This document shows positions 11,021 through 21,674 of a DNA stretch of 64,000 nt, piece after piece. This DNA is from Longimicrobiales bacterium (GTDB lineage Bacteria > Gemmatimonadota > Gemmatimonadetes > Longimicrobiales > Gaopeijiaceae): positions 96,001-160,000 of the forward strand of contig CBDBCF010000001.1 of the NCBI GenBank assembly GCA_965202985.1, in the 5' to 3' direction. Within the stretch, counting starts at the first letter, position 1. The number at the start of each line of letters is the position of its first letter. Made by a program: the position numbers and the translations under genes. The notes under the pieces are model-generated. The model worked only from the letters and a program-made list of their open reading frames with translations, did no database searches and was not told where the DNA came from.

Positions 11021-11871
11021 TCACGCTATTCTCGCGAACACCAGGCAAGGGCATCGAGTACGTAGTCGCCGATTCGGGCATGGACCACCGCACCAAGAAG
11101 AAGAAGATCAACGCCGCCAGCGACATGAAGTGGGGCCACCTCATTGCGATGCCGGAGTACTTTGCAAGGATTCTGCACCAGATGTCGCATAGCAATGATC
11201 ATCGAGAGAAAAGGCAGCTTGCAAGATTCGGTCAAGGGCTCAACTTTCCAAAGCACAGACTCCAGGACAAGAATGCAACAGTGCCGATCCTGATTCTTGC
11301 GGGACAGGCCGAATTTGTTGCAGAGAAGGTAACGGATCGCATTCCGTCGTCCATTGCTCGATCCGAAGACAGAATACCCGCGCTTGTGATGCCTCGAGGG
11401 ATAGGCAACAAGCACTATTGCATTTTCAACTCGTGCAGGGCGTTTTCATACAGTGCCGTAGAGCTGTACTTGCCCGTCGAGCTCTGGGAATCGGACATGC
11501 ACTACTGCTTGTGGGCATACATGAATTCGTCCATCATTTGGTTGTACAGGGAAGTCACTGGTCGCAGGAACCTTGGAGGCGGACTGCTAAAGGCCGAGGC
11601 AACGGACATGAAGATCCTGTCGATCGACTTTCGCTTCGACTTCGCCGATCGGGCAAGAGCCGTGTTCGAATTGTTGAAGGAACGAGGGCCGCTTCCGGTC
11701 GATCAGGAGGTATGCACGGACGAGCACTTGGCCATAGACGAAATGGTGTCGAAGTTCTTTGGGCTGGAAGATCGACAGGAATCCATTCGCCGAGATCTGA
11801 TCAGACAGGTCGCCTTTCGAAACGAACGAGCGAAAGGCGGGGCTGCCACGTCCCGGGCGCCGCAGCAATGA
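10954..11871 (+). pseudogene. C-terminal fragment of an Eco57I/TaqI-like DNA methyltransferase (no start, no catalytic motifs)
   Basis: IVDTSDKFF..NINAVITL and LWAYMNSSIIWLYREVTGRRNLGGGLLK resemble TaqI-C/TRD regions; visibly lower GC. Confidence 0.6.
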
Positions 11872-12038
11872 GCGAAGTCGAGAAGACGATCCGCGACGCG
11901 CTCCAATATCATACGGACGGATCGCTTGCAGACCGCGTCGAAGTCCTGATCGGGACGCTCGGCTACCGCAGCAACCGGACGATCCACTTCGTGGAACGAC
12001 GCAGCCGGGCGAAGGGCCAGCTTTCCCCGAGCCCGTGA
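11868..12038 (+). pseudogene. Short N-terminal stub, possibly of a type IIG restriction-modification protein
   Basis: ATGA-coupled to the previous fragment; MSEVEKTIRDAL...LIGTLGYRSNRT, then an early stop. Confidence 0.4.
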
Positions 12039-12084
12039 CGGCCTTCGCCCCGACGACGACGTTGGGCAGCTCTCGGGCGTAGCC

Positions 12085-12585
12085 ATGGCCCAACGGGACT
12101 ACATCCTGCGGCTCATCGAGCAGATGGGCGCCGTGCTGGCGGAGCTTCGGAGGGCGATTCTCGGACGGACGCGTGACGACACGAAGAGCGAACGAGCGGC
12201 CGCGGACCAGACCGAAGACGTGCTGCGACGAGCCGCGGGCGAGGCCGGCATGGACCTGTCGCTGGCCAGGGCGGCGTCGGCGGACGCCCTGCCGGCCATG
12301 CTGTCGCCGGGGGGCGAGGTGGATCCGATGCGGTGCTGGCTGCTTGCGGAGGTTCTCATGACCGACGGTGTCCAGCGTTGGCACGAGGGGAGCTCGGAGG
12401 CGGCCCGGTCCTCGCTCGCCAAGGCGGCCGTTCTCTTCAAGTTGACCGGCCCAGGGTTCCACTTGGCCGGCTTTCCCGAGGCCCGAGACCGACTCGCGGA
12501 GATCGAGTCTCTCCTGGCCCGGTTGCCGTCCGAAACGCCCGGACCCGGCCCACGCGCCGACCCCGCCCCAAACTTGAAACCTTGA
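12085..12585 (+). CDS. Hypothetical protein (DUF6483-like)
   Basis: N-terminus QRDYILRLIEQMGAVL is typical of this family; host-like codon usage. Confidence 0.65.
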   Translation: MAQRDYILRLIEQMGAVLAELRRAILGRTRDDTKSERAAADQTEDVLRRAAGEAGMDLSLARAASADALPAMLSPGGEVDPMRCWLLAEVLMTDGVQRWHEGSSEAARSSLAKAAVLFKLTGPGFHLAGFPEARDRLAEIESLLARLPSETPGPGPRADPAPNLKP

Positions 12586-12657
12586 CCGCCAGCTTCCGTC
12601 ATGTACTTTGATCCGCAAAGTAACCCGCCTCTGGTCCAATACGGAGAACACGCAGCC

Positions 12658-13083
12658 GTGAACCCCATCTTTCGAAGACAAGAACATGCAGTGGCCCTGG
12701 CCTACGCGCTGCTCGTGGCCGCCGTGGTGGCCGTCGCGCGGGCCGGCCTCTTCCCCGGCACGGGCGAAGCCTTCGACGGCACGCTCTTCCACCACCCCTA
12801 CCGTCTCTCCATGGCCGCGACCGGGGGCGTGCTGGCGGTCGGACTCGGGACGGCCGCCGGATGGATCGGCGTTCGGCGCAAGAGCCTGCTGCTGGGCGTC
12901 GTGGTGCTGGCGGTCGGCGGCGCGGCAACCGGCGTCGCCCTGTCCTTCAGCCCGCCGGTTCTCTACCCAGGCGACCGCTACCCGGTCAGCTTCGGCTGGC
13001 TGGTCGGCGGAGCGCCCATGGCGGGCGCAGCTTGGCTGGCGGCGACGCTCCTTCTTCGGCGGGGGAGCCGTCGGTCGTGGTAG
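12658..13083 (+). CDS. Hypothetical membrane protein (about 4 TM)
   Basis: GGAGA upstream of GTG 12658; four hydrophobic segments. Confidence 0.55.
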   Translation: MNPIFRRQEHAVALAYALLVAAVVAVARAGLFPGTGEAFDGTLFHHPYRLSMAATGGVLAVGLGTAAGWIGVRRKSLLLGVVVLAVGGAATGVALSFSPPVLYPGDRYPVSFGWLVGGAPMAGAAWLAATLLLRRGSRRSW

Positions 13084-14981
13084 CGGCGGCGAGGTTCGCA
13101 AGCCCCCGACGCCTTCTGGAGGCAGCCGGCGCCGCTGCTGGACGCTTTCCAGAAGTCGTGGCGTGCGCGGTCGTGGCCGGGGGCGGCGCCATGACGGCGA
13201 TCGGCATCGAGGACCCGGACTGGCAGCCGTGGATGCGGCTGTGGTGTGCCGCCAGCTTGGGGCTTCCCCTGTTCACGGCCCTCGTGCTCCTGGTCGAGCG
13301 CAGGGGGTGGCGCCTGGGGATCCGTTGTGGCCTGGGAGCCGCCGTCGCGGCGCTGCTGGTCGTCCTCTACTTCCAGTTCGGTCGCTGGCCGGAAGAGGCC
13401 TGGGCGCAGCGCTACATCCACTTGGCGGCCACCTTCCACCTGGCCGCCGCCGCTGTGCCGTACTGGGGCCTGCGCGAGCCGTGGGGGTTCTGGCAGTACA
13501 ACCGCACGCTCTTCTTCCGGTTCTTGATGGCCGGGGTCTACGCCGCCGCGCTCTGCGCCGGCTCCGCGCTGGCGTTGGGCGCGGTGGACAACCTGCTGGG
13601 AGTCGACGTTCCCGAGCTGGCGTACGGACGCCTGGTTCTCGCCGGCGCGTTCGGAGTCCAGCCGCTGATCTTCCTGGCGGGCATGCCGCAAGACCTGGGC
13701 CGACTGGAGGAGCACCGCGAATACCCGGCGTGGCTGAAGGTCTTCTCCCAGCACGTCATGCTGCCGCTGGTGGCCGTCTACGCAGGGATCCTGTGGGCGT
13801 ACATGGCCAAGATCCTGGTCACGGGTACGTGGCCAAGCGGCTGGATCAGCTACTTGGTGGCCAGCTTGGCCGTGGCGGGCATCTTCTCGCTGCTGATGGT
13901 CCACCCGGAGCGGCTGCGCCGAGCCGGCAGCTGGATCGACCGCTACGCCTTGGGGTTTTGGGTGGCGGTGGCGCCGTCCGCCGTCATGGTGCTCCTGGCG
14001 GTGTGGCAGCGCTTCCAGCAGTACGGCGTGACCGAGCGGCGCTACCTGCTGGGCTTGCTGGCCGTCTGGCTGGCGGCCACGGCCGTGTACCGCGCGGTCT
14101 CGCGAACCCGCGAGATCAAGTCCATTCCGCTGTCGCTGGCGTTGCTCGGCGCCCTGTCGTTCGTCGGTCCCTGGTCCGCGTACGCCGTCTCCGAACGGAG
14201 CCAGCTGGGCCGCATCGCGCAGATTCTAGAAGCCAACGACGTTCCGGCGGCGGACGCGACGGAGGGCGGCGCCCTGTCGTCCCCGGCCTTGGAGATCCCC
14301 TTCGAGGAGTGGCGGCAGATGGAGGACGCCGTGGCGTACCTGACGGCCAACCACGGGACCGACGTCATCCAAGCGTGGTCGGGGGGGCTTCGACAGGCGG
14401 CGGGCGTGGGCGTCTTCGGGACCGAGCGAGGCGAGACGCCGGCGGCGGCCCGCATCGTGGAGCAGCTGGGGGTTCGTCCGGGCCCCAGCGCGTTGCCTGT
14501 GGACTTGGTGCCGACCCGCCCGCGGGCGCCCGTCTCCGCTCGGGGCTTCGACTTGCTGGTGACGGACTGGACGCTCGGCGAGAGTCGCGTGGACGGCGAC
14601 GCGCTCGGCTTTCGCCTCAGCGAGGACGGGCAGGAAATGGCGATGCGGATCGGCGCGCGCGAGTGCCGGGCCTCGCTGGAGCGCCAGATCGCGCTGGCGG
14701 CCGCAGCAACGGCTCCTCGCCCCGAAGAGCGCAGTCGGCGAGCGGCTGGAAGCGCCGAGCAGCGGGAGACGCCGGCGGGAGCCTTGGTCGTGGAGTTCCT
14801 CGGCGGGTCCGGCCAAGCGGCCGACGCAGCGCCGGGGACCACCCCCGTGGGCCGGCTCGTTCTGGACCGGCTGCGAGTGGAGCTGCTCGACGGTCGCTGG
14901 CGCGCCACCGAATGGGAGGTTGGGGTCGTGCTGCTGGCCGTCCCGGACGGGGCCGAGGCGAGCGCCCCGATCTGCGGCTAA
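13077..14981 (+). CDS. DUF4153-domain membrane protein
   Basis: RFPE, FWQYNRTLFFRF, LPLVAVYAGILWAY, RFQQYGVTERRY, GPWSAYAVSERSQ. Start approximate. Confidence 0.8.
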   Translation: MVAAARFASPRRLLEAAGAAAGRFPEVVACAVVAGGGAMTAIGIEDPDWQPWMRLWCAASLGLPLFTALVLLVERRGWRLGIRCGLGAAVAALLVVLYFQFGRWPEEAWAQRYIHLAATFHLAAAAVPYWGLREPWGFWQYNRTLFFRFLMAGVYAAALCAGSALALGAVDNLLGVDVPELAYGRLVLAGAFGVQPLIFLAGMPQDLGRLEEHREYPAWLKVFSQHVMLPLVAVYAGILWAYMAKILVTGTWPSGWISYLVASLAVAGIFSLLMVHPERLRRAGSWIDRYALGFWVAVAPSAVMVLLAVWQRFQQYGVTERRYLLGLLAVWLAATAVYRAVSRTREIKSIPLSLALLGALSFVGPWSAYAVSERSQLGRIAQILEANDVPAADATEGGALSSPALEIPFEEWRQMEDAVAYLTANHGTDVIQAWSGGLRQAAGVGVFGTERGETPAAARIVEQLGVRPGPSALPVDLVPTRPRAPVSARGFDLLVTDWTLGESRVDGDALGFRLSEDGQEMAMRIGARECRASLERQIALAAAATAPRPEERSRRAAGSAEQRETPAGALVVEFLGGSGQAADAAPGTTPVGRLVLDRLRVELLDGRWRATEWEVGVVLLAVPDGAEASAPICG

Positions 14982-14995
14982 CCCGGCGGGGCCCC

Positions 14996-16072
14996 TCACG
15001 GGCCGCACACGGCCAAGTCCAGCGTCGGCGGGCTTCGCCAACCGCGTTCGCGGGTCAAGTAGAGGACCGCCGGCCGGGCGACATCCAAGCCTTCGCCCTG
15101 GGAACCGGCGTGACCCACGAAGCACGGGGGACGCCGCTCCGTCCATCCGTCCGCGCTTGGGACGTAGAACAGTGCTTCGCCGTAGGTTCGGATGATTAGC
15201 TCGCCGTCCGGCGCCCAAGCGGCCGCAGTCACGGGACCACCATGCGGCAACCGCAGTTGGCCGTCTTGCCGCAGGATCACGGGATCTCGCCCCATGCCCG
15301 TAGATAACGCCGCCGCAAACACGGGCTCGGGGATACGGAAGACGTCCAATAGTCCGCGGTGGGGATCTTGTTCCACCACGATGACGTCGCCGTCCTCGGT
15401 CACGGCCAGCCCCTCGGCGTTCCGAGCGCCGTCGGGATAGGCGAGGCGTACGGCGGACCACGCCACGTCCAGCCTCGATGCCCGGTGCCCTCGGCCGGTG
15501 GACGACGGCAGGGCCAGCTCGCGCGGACCGGGCTCCTCGAAGACCATGACGACCACGGACGACCGAATGTGCAGGTTGTCCCCGATGTCCCCCACGTAGA
15601 TGCAGGGCGCAGCTTGGTCCCAGGGGCACGGGCCGGCGGCCAAGTCTTCCCAGTCCACGACGGGCGCGCCGCGAAGCCTCAGCTCGGCGACGACGCCTTG
15701 GCCGGGCCGCACGCCGTAGACGACGGGATCGCCCCCCGAGTCGTTGTGGGTCCAGAAGAGTCCGGGTTGGCGGCGGCCAAGGACAACGCCCGATGTCTCG
15801 TGGAGACGCCAGGGCAGCTCCATGACCCGGGTCACGCTGGCCGGCGCCATGCGCATTCCCGCCTGTACCCAGCTGTCCCACCTCTTGGCACTTTGCAGGC
15901 GTCTGGCCTCGAGGACCACGGAGTGCGCCACGCCTGCCAAGGCCAGTGCGACCAAACCAGCCAGCAGCCCGCGGGCGACCCGGCGAGGAAGCAACCTCGC
16001 GCGACGGCCGGCCGGGCCGCGACGCGACCGCGACTCGGTGCACTCCGGCGCGGACCGTCGCGACGCCGTCAA
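14996..16072 (-). CDS. Membrane-anchored beta-propeller (phytase/esterase-like) hypothetical protein
   Basis: [34 protein letters not shown] motifs; TTG 16072 overlaps the ltaE stop. Confidence 0.7.
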   Translation of the reverse strand: MTASRRSAPECTESRSRRGPAGRRARLLPRRVARGLLAGLVALALAGVAHSVVLEARRLQSAKRWDSWVQAGMRMAPASVTRVMELPWRLHETSGVVLGRRQPGLFWTHNDSGGDPVVYGVRPGQGVVAELRLRGAPVVDWEDLAAGPCPWDQAAPCIYVGDIGDNLHIRSSVVVMVFEEPGPRELALPSSTGRGHRASRLDVAWSAVRLAYPDGARNAEGLAVTEDGDVIVVEQDPHRGLLDVFRIPEPVFAAALSTGMGRDPVILRQDGQLRLPHGGPVTAAAWAPDGELIIRTYGEALFYVPSADGWTERRPPCFVGHAGSQGEGLDVARPAVLYLTRERGWRSPPTLDLAVCGP

Positions 16073-17106
16073 GCCGCGGCCAGAACCCGGCTCGCGACTT
16101 CGGCGGCGCGAAGCACGTCGTCCATGGCAACGTCCCGGTGCGTGACCGCTCTCACGTCGCGCGCCCCTGCCACCAGCGTGGCCACGCCTTGCGCAAGACA
16201 TCCGTCCACGAACGCCGACGCCGGGCAGGCTAGCCGGAACCGCAGGATGTTCGTCTCCACGTCTTCCGGGGTCAGCGTCACGCCGGGCAGAGCCGCCAGC
16301 TCATCCGCCAACGCGCGCGCCTTGTCGTGATCCGCGGAGAGCGCGCGCCGGTGGTGCTCCAAGGCGTGCAAGGCTCCTGCGGCCACGATGCCCGCCTGCC
16401 GGAAGCCGCCCCCGAACATCTGTTTGAACCGGCGCGCCCGGGCCACGAACGCCTGGGACCCGGCCAGCGCCGAACCCACCGGCGCCCCCAAGCCCTTGGA
16501 AAAGCAGACCGACACGCTGTCGAACGACCGGGCGTAGCGGGCTTCGTCGATCCCGGTGACAGCCGAAGCGTTCCAAAGCCGAGCCCCGTCCATATGGCGC
16601 CGAAGTCCGGCGGAACGCGCGGCGTCGGCCACGGCGTCCAGCGTTTCCAAGGGCCAGACGCTGCCGCCGCCGCCGTTGTGCGTGTTCTCCACGCAGAGCA
16701 GCGTGGCCGGGGGCGACAGCGTGGTCGGCGATCCGTGGTGCGGCGTCCCCAGCGCCTCCAGCACCTGGTCCGGGCCGAAAATGCCCCGGTCGCCGGGGAT
16801 GCGGTGGGCCGTGACGCCCGACAGCGCAGCCGGCGCGCCCCCCTCCGACCGCACGGCGTGGGCGCCCGCGTCCATGAGCACCCGGTCGCCGGCCTCCGTA
16901 TGGGCCCGGATCGCGATCTGATTCGCCATCGATCCCGTGGGCACGTAGACCGCGTCCTCCTTGCCCAAGAGCGCGGCGGTCCGCTGCTCCAGCCGCTTGA
17001 CGGTAGGGTCGTCTCCGTACACGTCGTCGCCGACGGGCGCGCGGGCCATCGCCTCGCGCATGGCGGCGCTGGGGCGGGTGACGGTGTCGCTGCGAAGATC
17101 GATCAA
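16069..17106 (-). CDS. ltaE: Low-specificity L-threonine aldolase
   Basis: [55 protein letters not shown]. Confidence 0.93.
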   Translation of the reverse strand: MIDLRSDTVTRPSAAMREAMARAPVGDDVYGDDPTVKRLEQRTAALLGKEDAVYVPTGSMANQIAIRAHTEAGDRVLMDAGAHAVRSEGGAPAALSGVTAHRIPGDRGIFGPDQVLEALGTPHHGSPTTLSPPATLLCVENTHNGGGGSVWPLETLDAVADAARSAGLRRHMDGARLWNASAVTGIDEARYARSFDSVSVCFSKGLGAPVGSALAGSQAFVARARRFKQMFGGGFRQAGIVAAGALHALEHHRRALSADHDKARALADELAALPGVTLTPEDVETNILRFRLACPASAFVDGCLAQGVATLVAGARDVRAVTHRDVAMDDVLRAAEVASRVLAAA

Positions 17107-17228
17107 GGGAAAGGGCCTGACGGCTGGATGCGCCTCAACGGGGCGTCGGCGGCCCGGCGGGTTCCGGGCGGTGCGGGACTTCGCGAGATTCCGCGTCCCA
17201 ATCTATCGTGGAGACAGGCCAAACGACC

Positions 17229-18590
17229 ATGACCAGCCCCCCGGCAGGGGGTCGCGCCGGAACCCCGTCGCTCGCGTCCGAGCCCCCGCTGGCCTCGGGG
17301 CAGATCGCGCGCTTCTGGTCGCCTTTGGCCGCCACCTGGGTCATGATGGCCTTGGAAGGCCCCTTCCTGGCCGCCGCCATCGCCCGCCTGCCCGACCCCA
17401 AGCTCAACTTGGCCGCCCACGGCGTGGCCTTCGCCATCGCCATCGTGATCGAAGCACCGGTCATGATGATGATGAGCACGTCCACGGCCTTGGCCCGCGA
17501 CCGCGACAGCTACCGGCGGCTGCGCGCCTTCGGGCACGGCCTCAACGCCTTCGCCACGCTGCTGCTGGTCGTCCTCCTGGTGCCTGCGGTCTTCGACGCC
17601 ATGGCGCTCGGCCTCCTGCGGCTGCCCCGGGAAGTCGCCTCGCTGACGTACGGCGCGTTGTGGATCCACCTGCCCTGGGCCGCCGCCATCGGCTACCGCA
17701 GGCTGATTCACGGCGTAATGATCCGGTCGGGCAAGACCCGCCAAGTCGCGGCCGGCACGGTGTTCCGGCTGGCGGCCATGACGGGCACGGCACTGGTGCT
17801 GTACTCGGTTCCCGGCGTCCCCGGCGCGTGGCTGGGCGCCGCCAGCCTGACGATGGGGGTGTGCGTGGAGGCCCTGGCGGCGCGCTGCTTGGCCGCAAAG
17901 ACGCTCCGCCGTCTTCTTGCCACCGGGGCGTCGGCCCCGGCGGACGCGCCCAGCCCGCCGGTCCCGGTCCTGTCCTATTCGGAGATCCTGCGGTTCTACT
18001 ATCCCCTTGCGCTCACGTCGCTGATCGGGCTGGCGTCGCAACCCATGCTCACCTTCTTCATGGGACGCGCTCGCGCCCCCTTGGAGTCGCTGGCCGTGTT
18101 TCCGGTCGTGCACGCGCTGTCCTTTCTGTTCCGCACCGTGGGCATCAGCTACCAAGAGGCCGCCATCGCCCTCATGGGACGGGAGCCCTCTCACCGTCCG
18201 GCGGTGGCGCGCTTCGCCGTCGTCCTGGCGTTGGGCGCAGCCGCGGGCTTGGCTTTGGTCGCGTTCACGCCGCTGTTCGGCGTATGGTTCGAGTCCGTGT
18301 CGGGGTTGACGCCGGATCTGGCGCGCTACGCCAAGGCGCCCGCCATGATTCTGGTGCCGCTGCCGGCCCTGGCCGTGTGGCTCTCTTACCAGCGGGCCGT
18401 CCTGGTGCTCGGGCGGCGCACGCCGGCGATCACGGCCGCGACGGCGTTGGAAGTCGGCGTCATCGCCGCCGTCTTCGCGGGCGTGGGCTGGGGGCTGGAC
18501 TTGGCCGGCGTTACCGCGGCCGCCCTTTCGTTCCTGGCTGGGCGCATTCTCTCGAACTTGTACATGCTGTGGGCAGGAGCACGAGGATGA
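17229..18590 (+). CDS. MATE/MOP-superfamily (ANKH-like) membrane transporter
   Basis: About 12 TM with an internal duplication (RFWSPLA / RFYYPLA). Confidence 0.7.
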   Translation: MTSPPAGGRAGTPSLASEPPLASGQIARFWSPLAATWVMMALEGPFLAAAIARLPDPKLNLAAHGVAFAIAIVIEAPVMMMMSTSTALARDRDSYRRLRAFGHGLNAFATLLLVVLLVPAVFDAMALGLLRLPREVASLTYGALWIHLPWAAAIGYRRLIHGVMIRSGKTRQVAAGTVFRLAAMTGTALVLYSVPGVPGAWLGAASLTMGVCVEALAARCLAAKTLRRLLATGASAPADAPSPPVPVLSYSEILRFYYPLALTSLIGLASQPMLTFFMGRARAPLESLAVFPVVHALSFLFRTVGISYQEAAIALMGREPSHRPAVARFAVVLALGAAAGLALVAFTPLFGVWFESVSGLTPDLARYAKAPAMILVPLPALAVWLSYQRAVLVLGRRTPAITAATALEVGVIAAVFAGVGWGLDLAGVTAAALSFLAGRILSNLYMLWAGARG

Positions 18591-18610
18591 GACGCAGGGT
18601 CCCGACCGGA

Positions 18611-19216
18611 TCAGCGACAGCGCACGGCGGCGATCAGACGCCTGACGCGCGACAATGCATCCTCGGGCGTCGCGACGGCGTGCACGCGGCCGGCGCCGGA
18701 GTCGGTCTCCACTGCGCCCGCCGCTTCCCGCGCTCGTCGCTCCGCGTCGCCCAAGAGCACCAGGGGCCGCCCGTAGCGGAGCGCCAGCGCCACCTCGGAC
18801 GCCGTGCCTTCGCCCCCGGGCAACGCCACCACCACGTCCGACGACAGGATGTTGACGTGGTTGCGCGACATGAGATCGGACCCGCCGGCGCCTCGGGCGT
18901 CCAGATGCGTGCGCACCGCCAGCTCGATCCACGGGTTGGGATAGCCCGGCGGCGCGCCCTCGCCCGAAGCGGCGTCGCCGGGCAACACGCCTACGACCAG
19001 ACCCGCCCGCCCCTCGACCTCGGCGAAGGCCCGCGACACCGACTCCATGACGCCCCCGCCGCCCCCGGTGAGCAGGTGAACGCCCATCCTGGCCAAGCCC
19101 CGACCCAAGGGCGCCGCCATGGCCCGATGGCCACGGACGCCCGAGCCCATGACCCCCACCACGGGCAACCGCGCGCGGCCCGAGTCGCGGCCCGCCCGAG
19201 TGCGCGCGCCGCTCAC
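18611..19216 (-). CDS. SLOG/LOG-family protein (molybdenum cofactor carrier-like)
   Basis: VVGVMGSG, LLTGGGGGVME, GVLPG, SRNHVNILSSD, LPGGEGTASE. Confidence 0.82.
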   Translation of the reverse strand: MSGARTRAGRDSGRARLPVVGVMGSGVRGHRAMAAPLGRGLARMGVHLLTGGGGGVMESVSRAFAEVEGRAGLVVGVLPGDAASGEGAPPGYPNPWIELAVRTHLDARGAGGSDLMSRNHVNILSSDVVVALPGGEGTASEVALALRYGRPLVLLGDAERRAREAAGAVETDSGAGRVHAVATPEDALSRVRRLIAAVRCR

Positions 19217-19266
19217 GGCGAGCAAGACGACGCCAGCGACGGGAGGCCGCAACCAGGGCGCCGCCG

Positions 19267-20607
19267 ATGAACTCCGGCGCGTCCGCCGGGACCACCGTCG
19301 TAGCGTCCGGCCGCCGCGGCTACGGCCCCTACGCCGCCGCCTCGGTGGTGGTGGCGAACATGATCGGCACCGGCGTCTTCACCAGCTTGGGGTTCCAGCT
19401 GGAGGACATCCAGTCGACGTTCCCGCTGCTCCTTCTCTGGGTGGTGGGGGGAGCGGCGGCGTTCTGCGGCGCCGTGTCGTACGCCGAACTCGGGGCCGCG
19501 ATCCCCAGGTCCGGCGGCGAGTACGCCTTCCTGTCGCACATCTACCACCCCGCGGCGGGCTTCGTGTCCGGCTGGATATCGGCCACGATCGGCTTCGCCG
19601 CCCCCACTGCCCTGGCCGCGATCACCTTCGGCACCTACTTGGCGTCCGTCTTCCCTTCCCTTTCGCCCGAGTGGCTGGCCGCGGGCTTGATCGCGTCGCT
19701 GGCCGCAGTCCACGCCACCACCTACCGGCGCTCCAGCCTTCTTCAGCAGGGGTTCACCACGGTCAAGGTCGCGCTGGTGGCCGCGTTCTGCCTCGCGGGC
19801 GCATTCCTGGCCAGCGACCCCCAGCCCGTATCCCTGCTCCCGGCCCCCGGCGACGCGAGGCTCGTGTTCGGCGCGCCGTTCGCCGTTTCGCTCGTCTACG
19901 TGTCCTACGCCTACACCGGATGGAACGCGGCCACCTACCTGTCGGGCGAACTGCAAGACCCCCGCCGAACCCTTCCTCGCGTGCTCGCGGGCGGCACGGC
20001 GCTGGTCGCGATCCTCTACACGGCCCTCAACTACGCGTTCCTGCGCGCCGCGCCGATCTCCGAGCTGGAGGGCAAGGTGGAAGTCGGGTACGTGGCCGCG
20101 TCGCACATGTTCGGCCCCGCCGGCGGCGCCGCGATGGGCGTCGTGCTCGCGCTGCTCCTGGTGTCCACTGTGAGCGCCATGATCATCGCCGGCCCTCGCG
20201 TGCTCCACGCTATCGGCTGCGACTACGCCCTGTTCCGACCGCTGGCCCGCACCAACCGCAACGGCATCCCCGCCGCGGCGGTGCTCGTGCAGTCTGGCTT
20301 GGCGCTGATCTTCGTGGTCACGTCCTCGTTCGAGACGGTGCTGGTGTTCTCGGGGTTCGTCCTGGCGCTCAACAGTCTGATCACCGTCGCGGGCGTGTTC
20401 GTGCTGCGCCTGCGGGAACCCGGGCTCGCGCGCCCCTACCGCGCTTGGGGCTACCCCGTCACGCCGCTGCTCTACATGGGCATGACGGGCTGGACGCTGA
20501 TCCACCTGCTTCTCATCCGCCCCGAAGAGGCATGGGCCGGTCTGGCGCTGGTGGCAACGGGGCTTCTGGTGTACGTGGCGACGGTGCGCAAGAAGCGTGA
20601 CAGATAG
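19267..20607 (+). CDS. APC-family amino acid permease
   Basis: NMIGTGVF, YAELG...PRSGGEY, YAYTGWN, RPYRAWGYP. Confidence 0.9.
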   Translation: MNSGASAGTTVVASGRRGYGPYAAASVVVANMIGTGVFTSLGFQLEDIQSTFPLLLLWVVGGAAAFCGAVSYAELGAAIPRSGGEYAFLSHIYHPAAGFVSGWISATIGFAAPTALAAITFGTYLASVFPSLSPEWLAAGLIASLAAVHATTYRRSSLLQQGFTTVKVALVAAFCLAGAFLASDPQPVSLLPAPGDARLVFGAPFAVSLVYVSYAYTGWNAATYLSGELQDPRRTLPRVLAGGTALVAILYTALNYAFLRAAPISELEGKVEVGYVAASHMFGPAGGAAMGVVLALLLVSTVSAMIIAGPRVLHAIGCDYALFRPLARTNRNGIPAAAVLVQSGLALIFVVTSSFETVLVFSGFVLALNSLITVAGVFVLRLREPGLARPYRAWGYPVTPLLYMGMTGWTLIHLLLIRPEEAWAGLALVATGLLVYVATVRKKRDR

Positions 20608-20638
20608 TATCCACAATTTGTCAAAGAATCTGTCAAAC
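20598..20638 (+). repeat. 41-bp AT-rich palindromic dispersed element, copy 1
   Basis: TGACAGATAGTATCCACAATTTGTCAAAGAATCTGTCAAAC; 37/41 identical to the reverse complement of 40642-40682. Confidence 0.85.
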
Positions 20639-20650
20639 GGAGGGAAACAA

Positions 20651-21100
20651 GTGACTATGGGAAGACAGGTGACGGTTGCCGAGAAGGTGTTCGTGAGCCT
20701 GCCGGTGCGGGACGTGCCACGGTCGCGGGAGTTCTTCGCGGCGCTGGGGTTCGGTGTGGAACCCAGGTTCAGCGGTCCGACGGCCGTTTGCGTAGTGATG
20801 AGCGAAGGCACCTACGCGATGCTCGCGAGCGAGGCGTACTTCGCCACGTTCGTGCCGGGACGGAAGGTCGTGGACGCGGGGCGCAGCGCCGAGGTCGTCG
20901 TGGCGGTCAGCGTGGGCAGTCGCGAGAAGGTGGACGCCCTGATCGACAAGGCGGCGTCCGCCGGCGGCAGCGAGTACCGCGAGCCGACGGACTTGGGGTG
21001 GATGTACATGCGCGCCTTTCGCGATCCGGACGGCCACGTCTGGGAGGTGCTCCACATGGACGAGCCCCAGACGACGGACGGCGACCCCGAGGCCGCGTGA
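20651..21100 (+). CDS. VOC/glyoxalase-family protein
   Basis: VFVSLPVRDVPRSREFF, SREKVD, WMYMRAFRDPDGHVWE; GGAGG 7 nt before GTG 20651. Confidence 0.88.
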   Translation: MTMGRQVTVAEKVFVSLPVRDVPRSREFFAALGFGVEPRFSGPTAVCVVMSEGTYAMLASEAYFATFVPGRKVVDAGRSAEVVVAVSVGSREKVDALIDKAASAGGSEYREPTDLGWMYMRAFRDPDGHVWEVLHMDEPQTTDGDPEAA

Positions 21101-21112
21101 ACGGGCCGGCGC

Positions 21113-21601
21113 CTACCGCACCTCCAGCAGTTCGATCTCGAAGACCAAGTCCTGGTTGGGACCGATCAGACCGCCCGCCCCCTGCTCGCCGTACCCCAAC
21201 TCGCTGGGAACGTGGGCGCGCACATGGCCACCCGGACGCATGAGTTTGAGGGCCTCGGAGAAGCCGGCGATCAGGCCGTCCACGTCGAACTCGGCGGGCT
21301 CGCCCCGGTCGTAGGACGAATCGAACGGAGTGCCGTCGGGCAGAGTGCCTCGGTAGTGGACCAGGACCTGCTGGCCCGACACGGGGCTTTCGCCGCTGCC
21401 CTCTCGCAGGACTTGGTACCGAAGGCCCGAATCGGTGGTGATCATGGCAGGCTCGGCCTCGTCCGCCGTCTCGGCTTCGTCCGGCGTAGCGGGATCGGCT
21501 TCGCCGTCGGCGGTGCCGCCGTCGTCTCCGCAGGCGACGACGAGAAGGGACAGTGCGGCCACGAGTTGGAGTTGGGTACGCATGAAGGCTTGGACACGCA
21601 T
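21113..21601 (-). CDS. FKBP-type peptidyl-prolyl isomerase, lipoprotein
   Basis: SGLRYQVL, VHYRGTL, FDSSYDRG, ELGYG, LVFEIEL; lipobox VVAC. Start may be 21583. Confidence 0.9.
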   Translation of the reverse strand: MRVQAFMRTQLQLVAALSLLVVACGDDGGTADGEADPATPDEAETADEAEPAMITTDSGLRYQVLREGSGESPVSGQQVLVHYRGTLPDGTPFDSSYDRGEPAEFDVDGLIAGFSEALKLMRPGGHVRAHVPSELGYGEQGAGGLIGPNQDLVFEIELLEVR

Positions 21602-21674
21602 GAATCGGCTGGCTCCGGTTGGGCAGGCAAAGGGCGACGCCGACGCATCCGAGCGACCGCCGGCCGGAAAGAAG

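Noticed and set aside
20597..20650. N-terminal extension MTDSIHNLSKNLSN of the VOC protein
   Set aside because: It is a translation of the repeat element; the SD supports GTG 20651.
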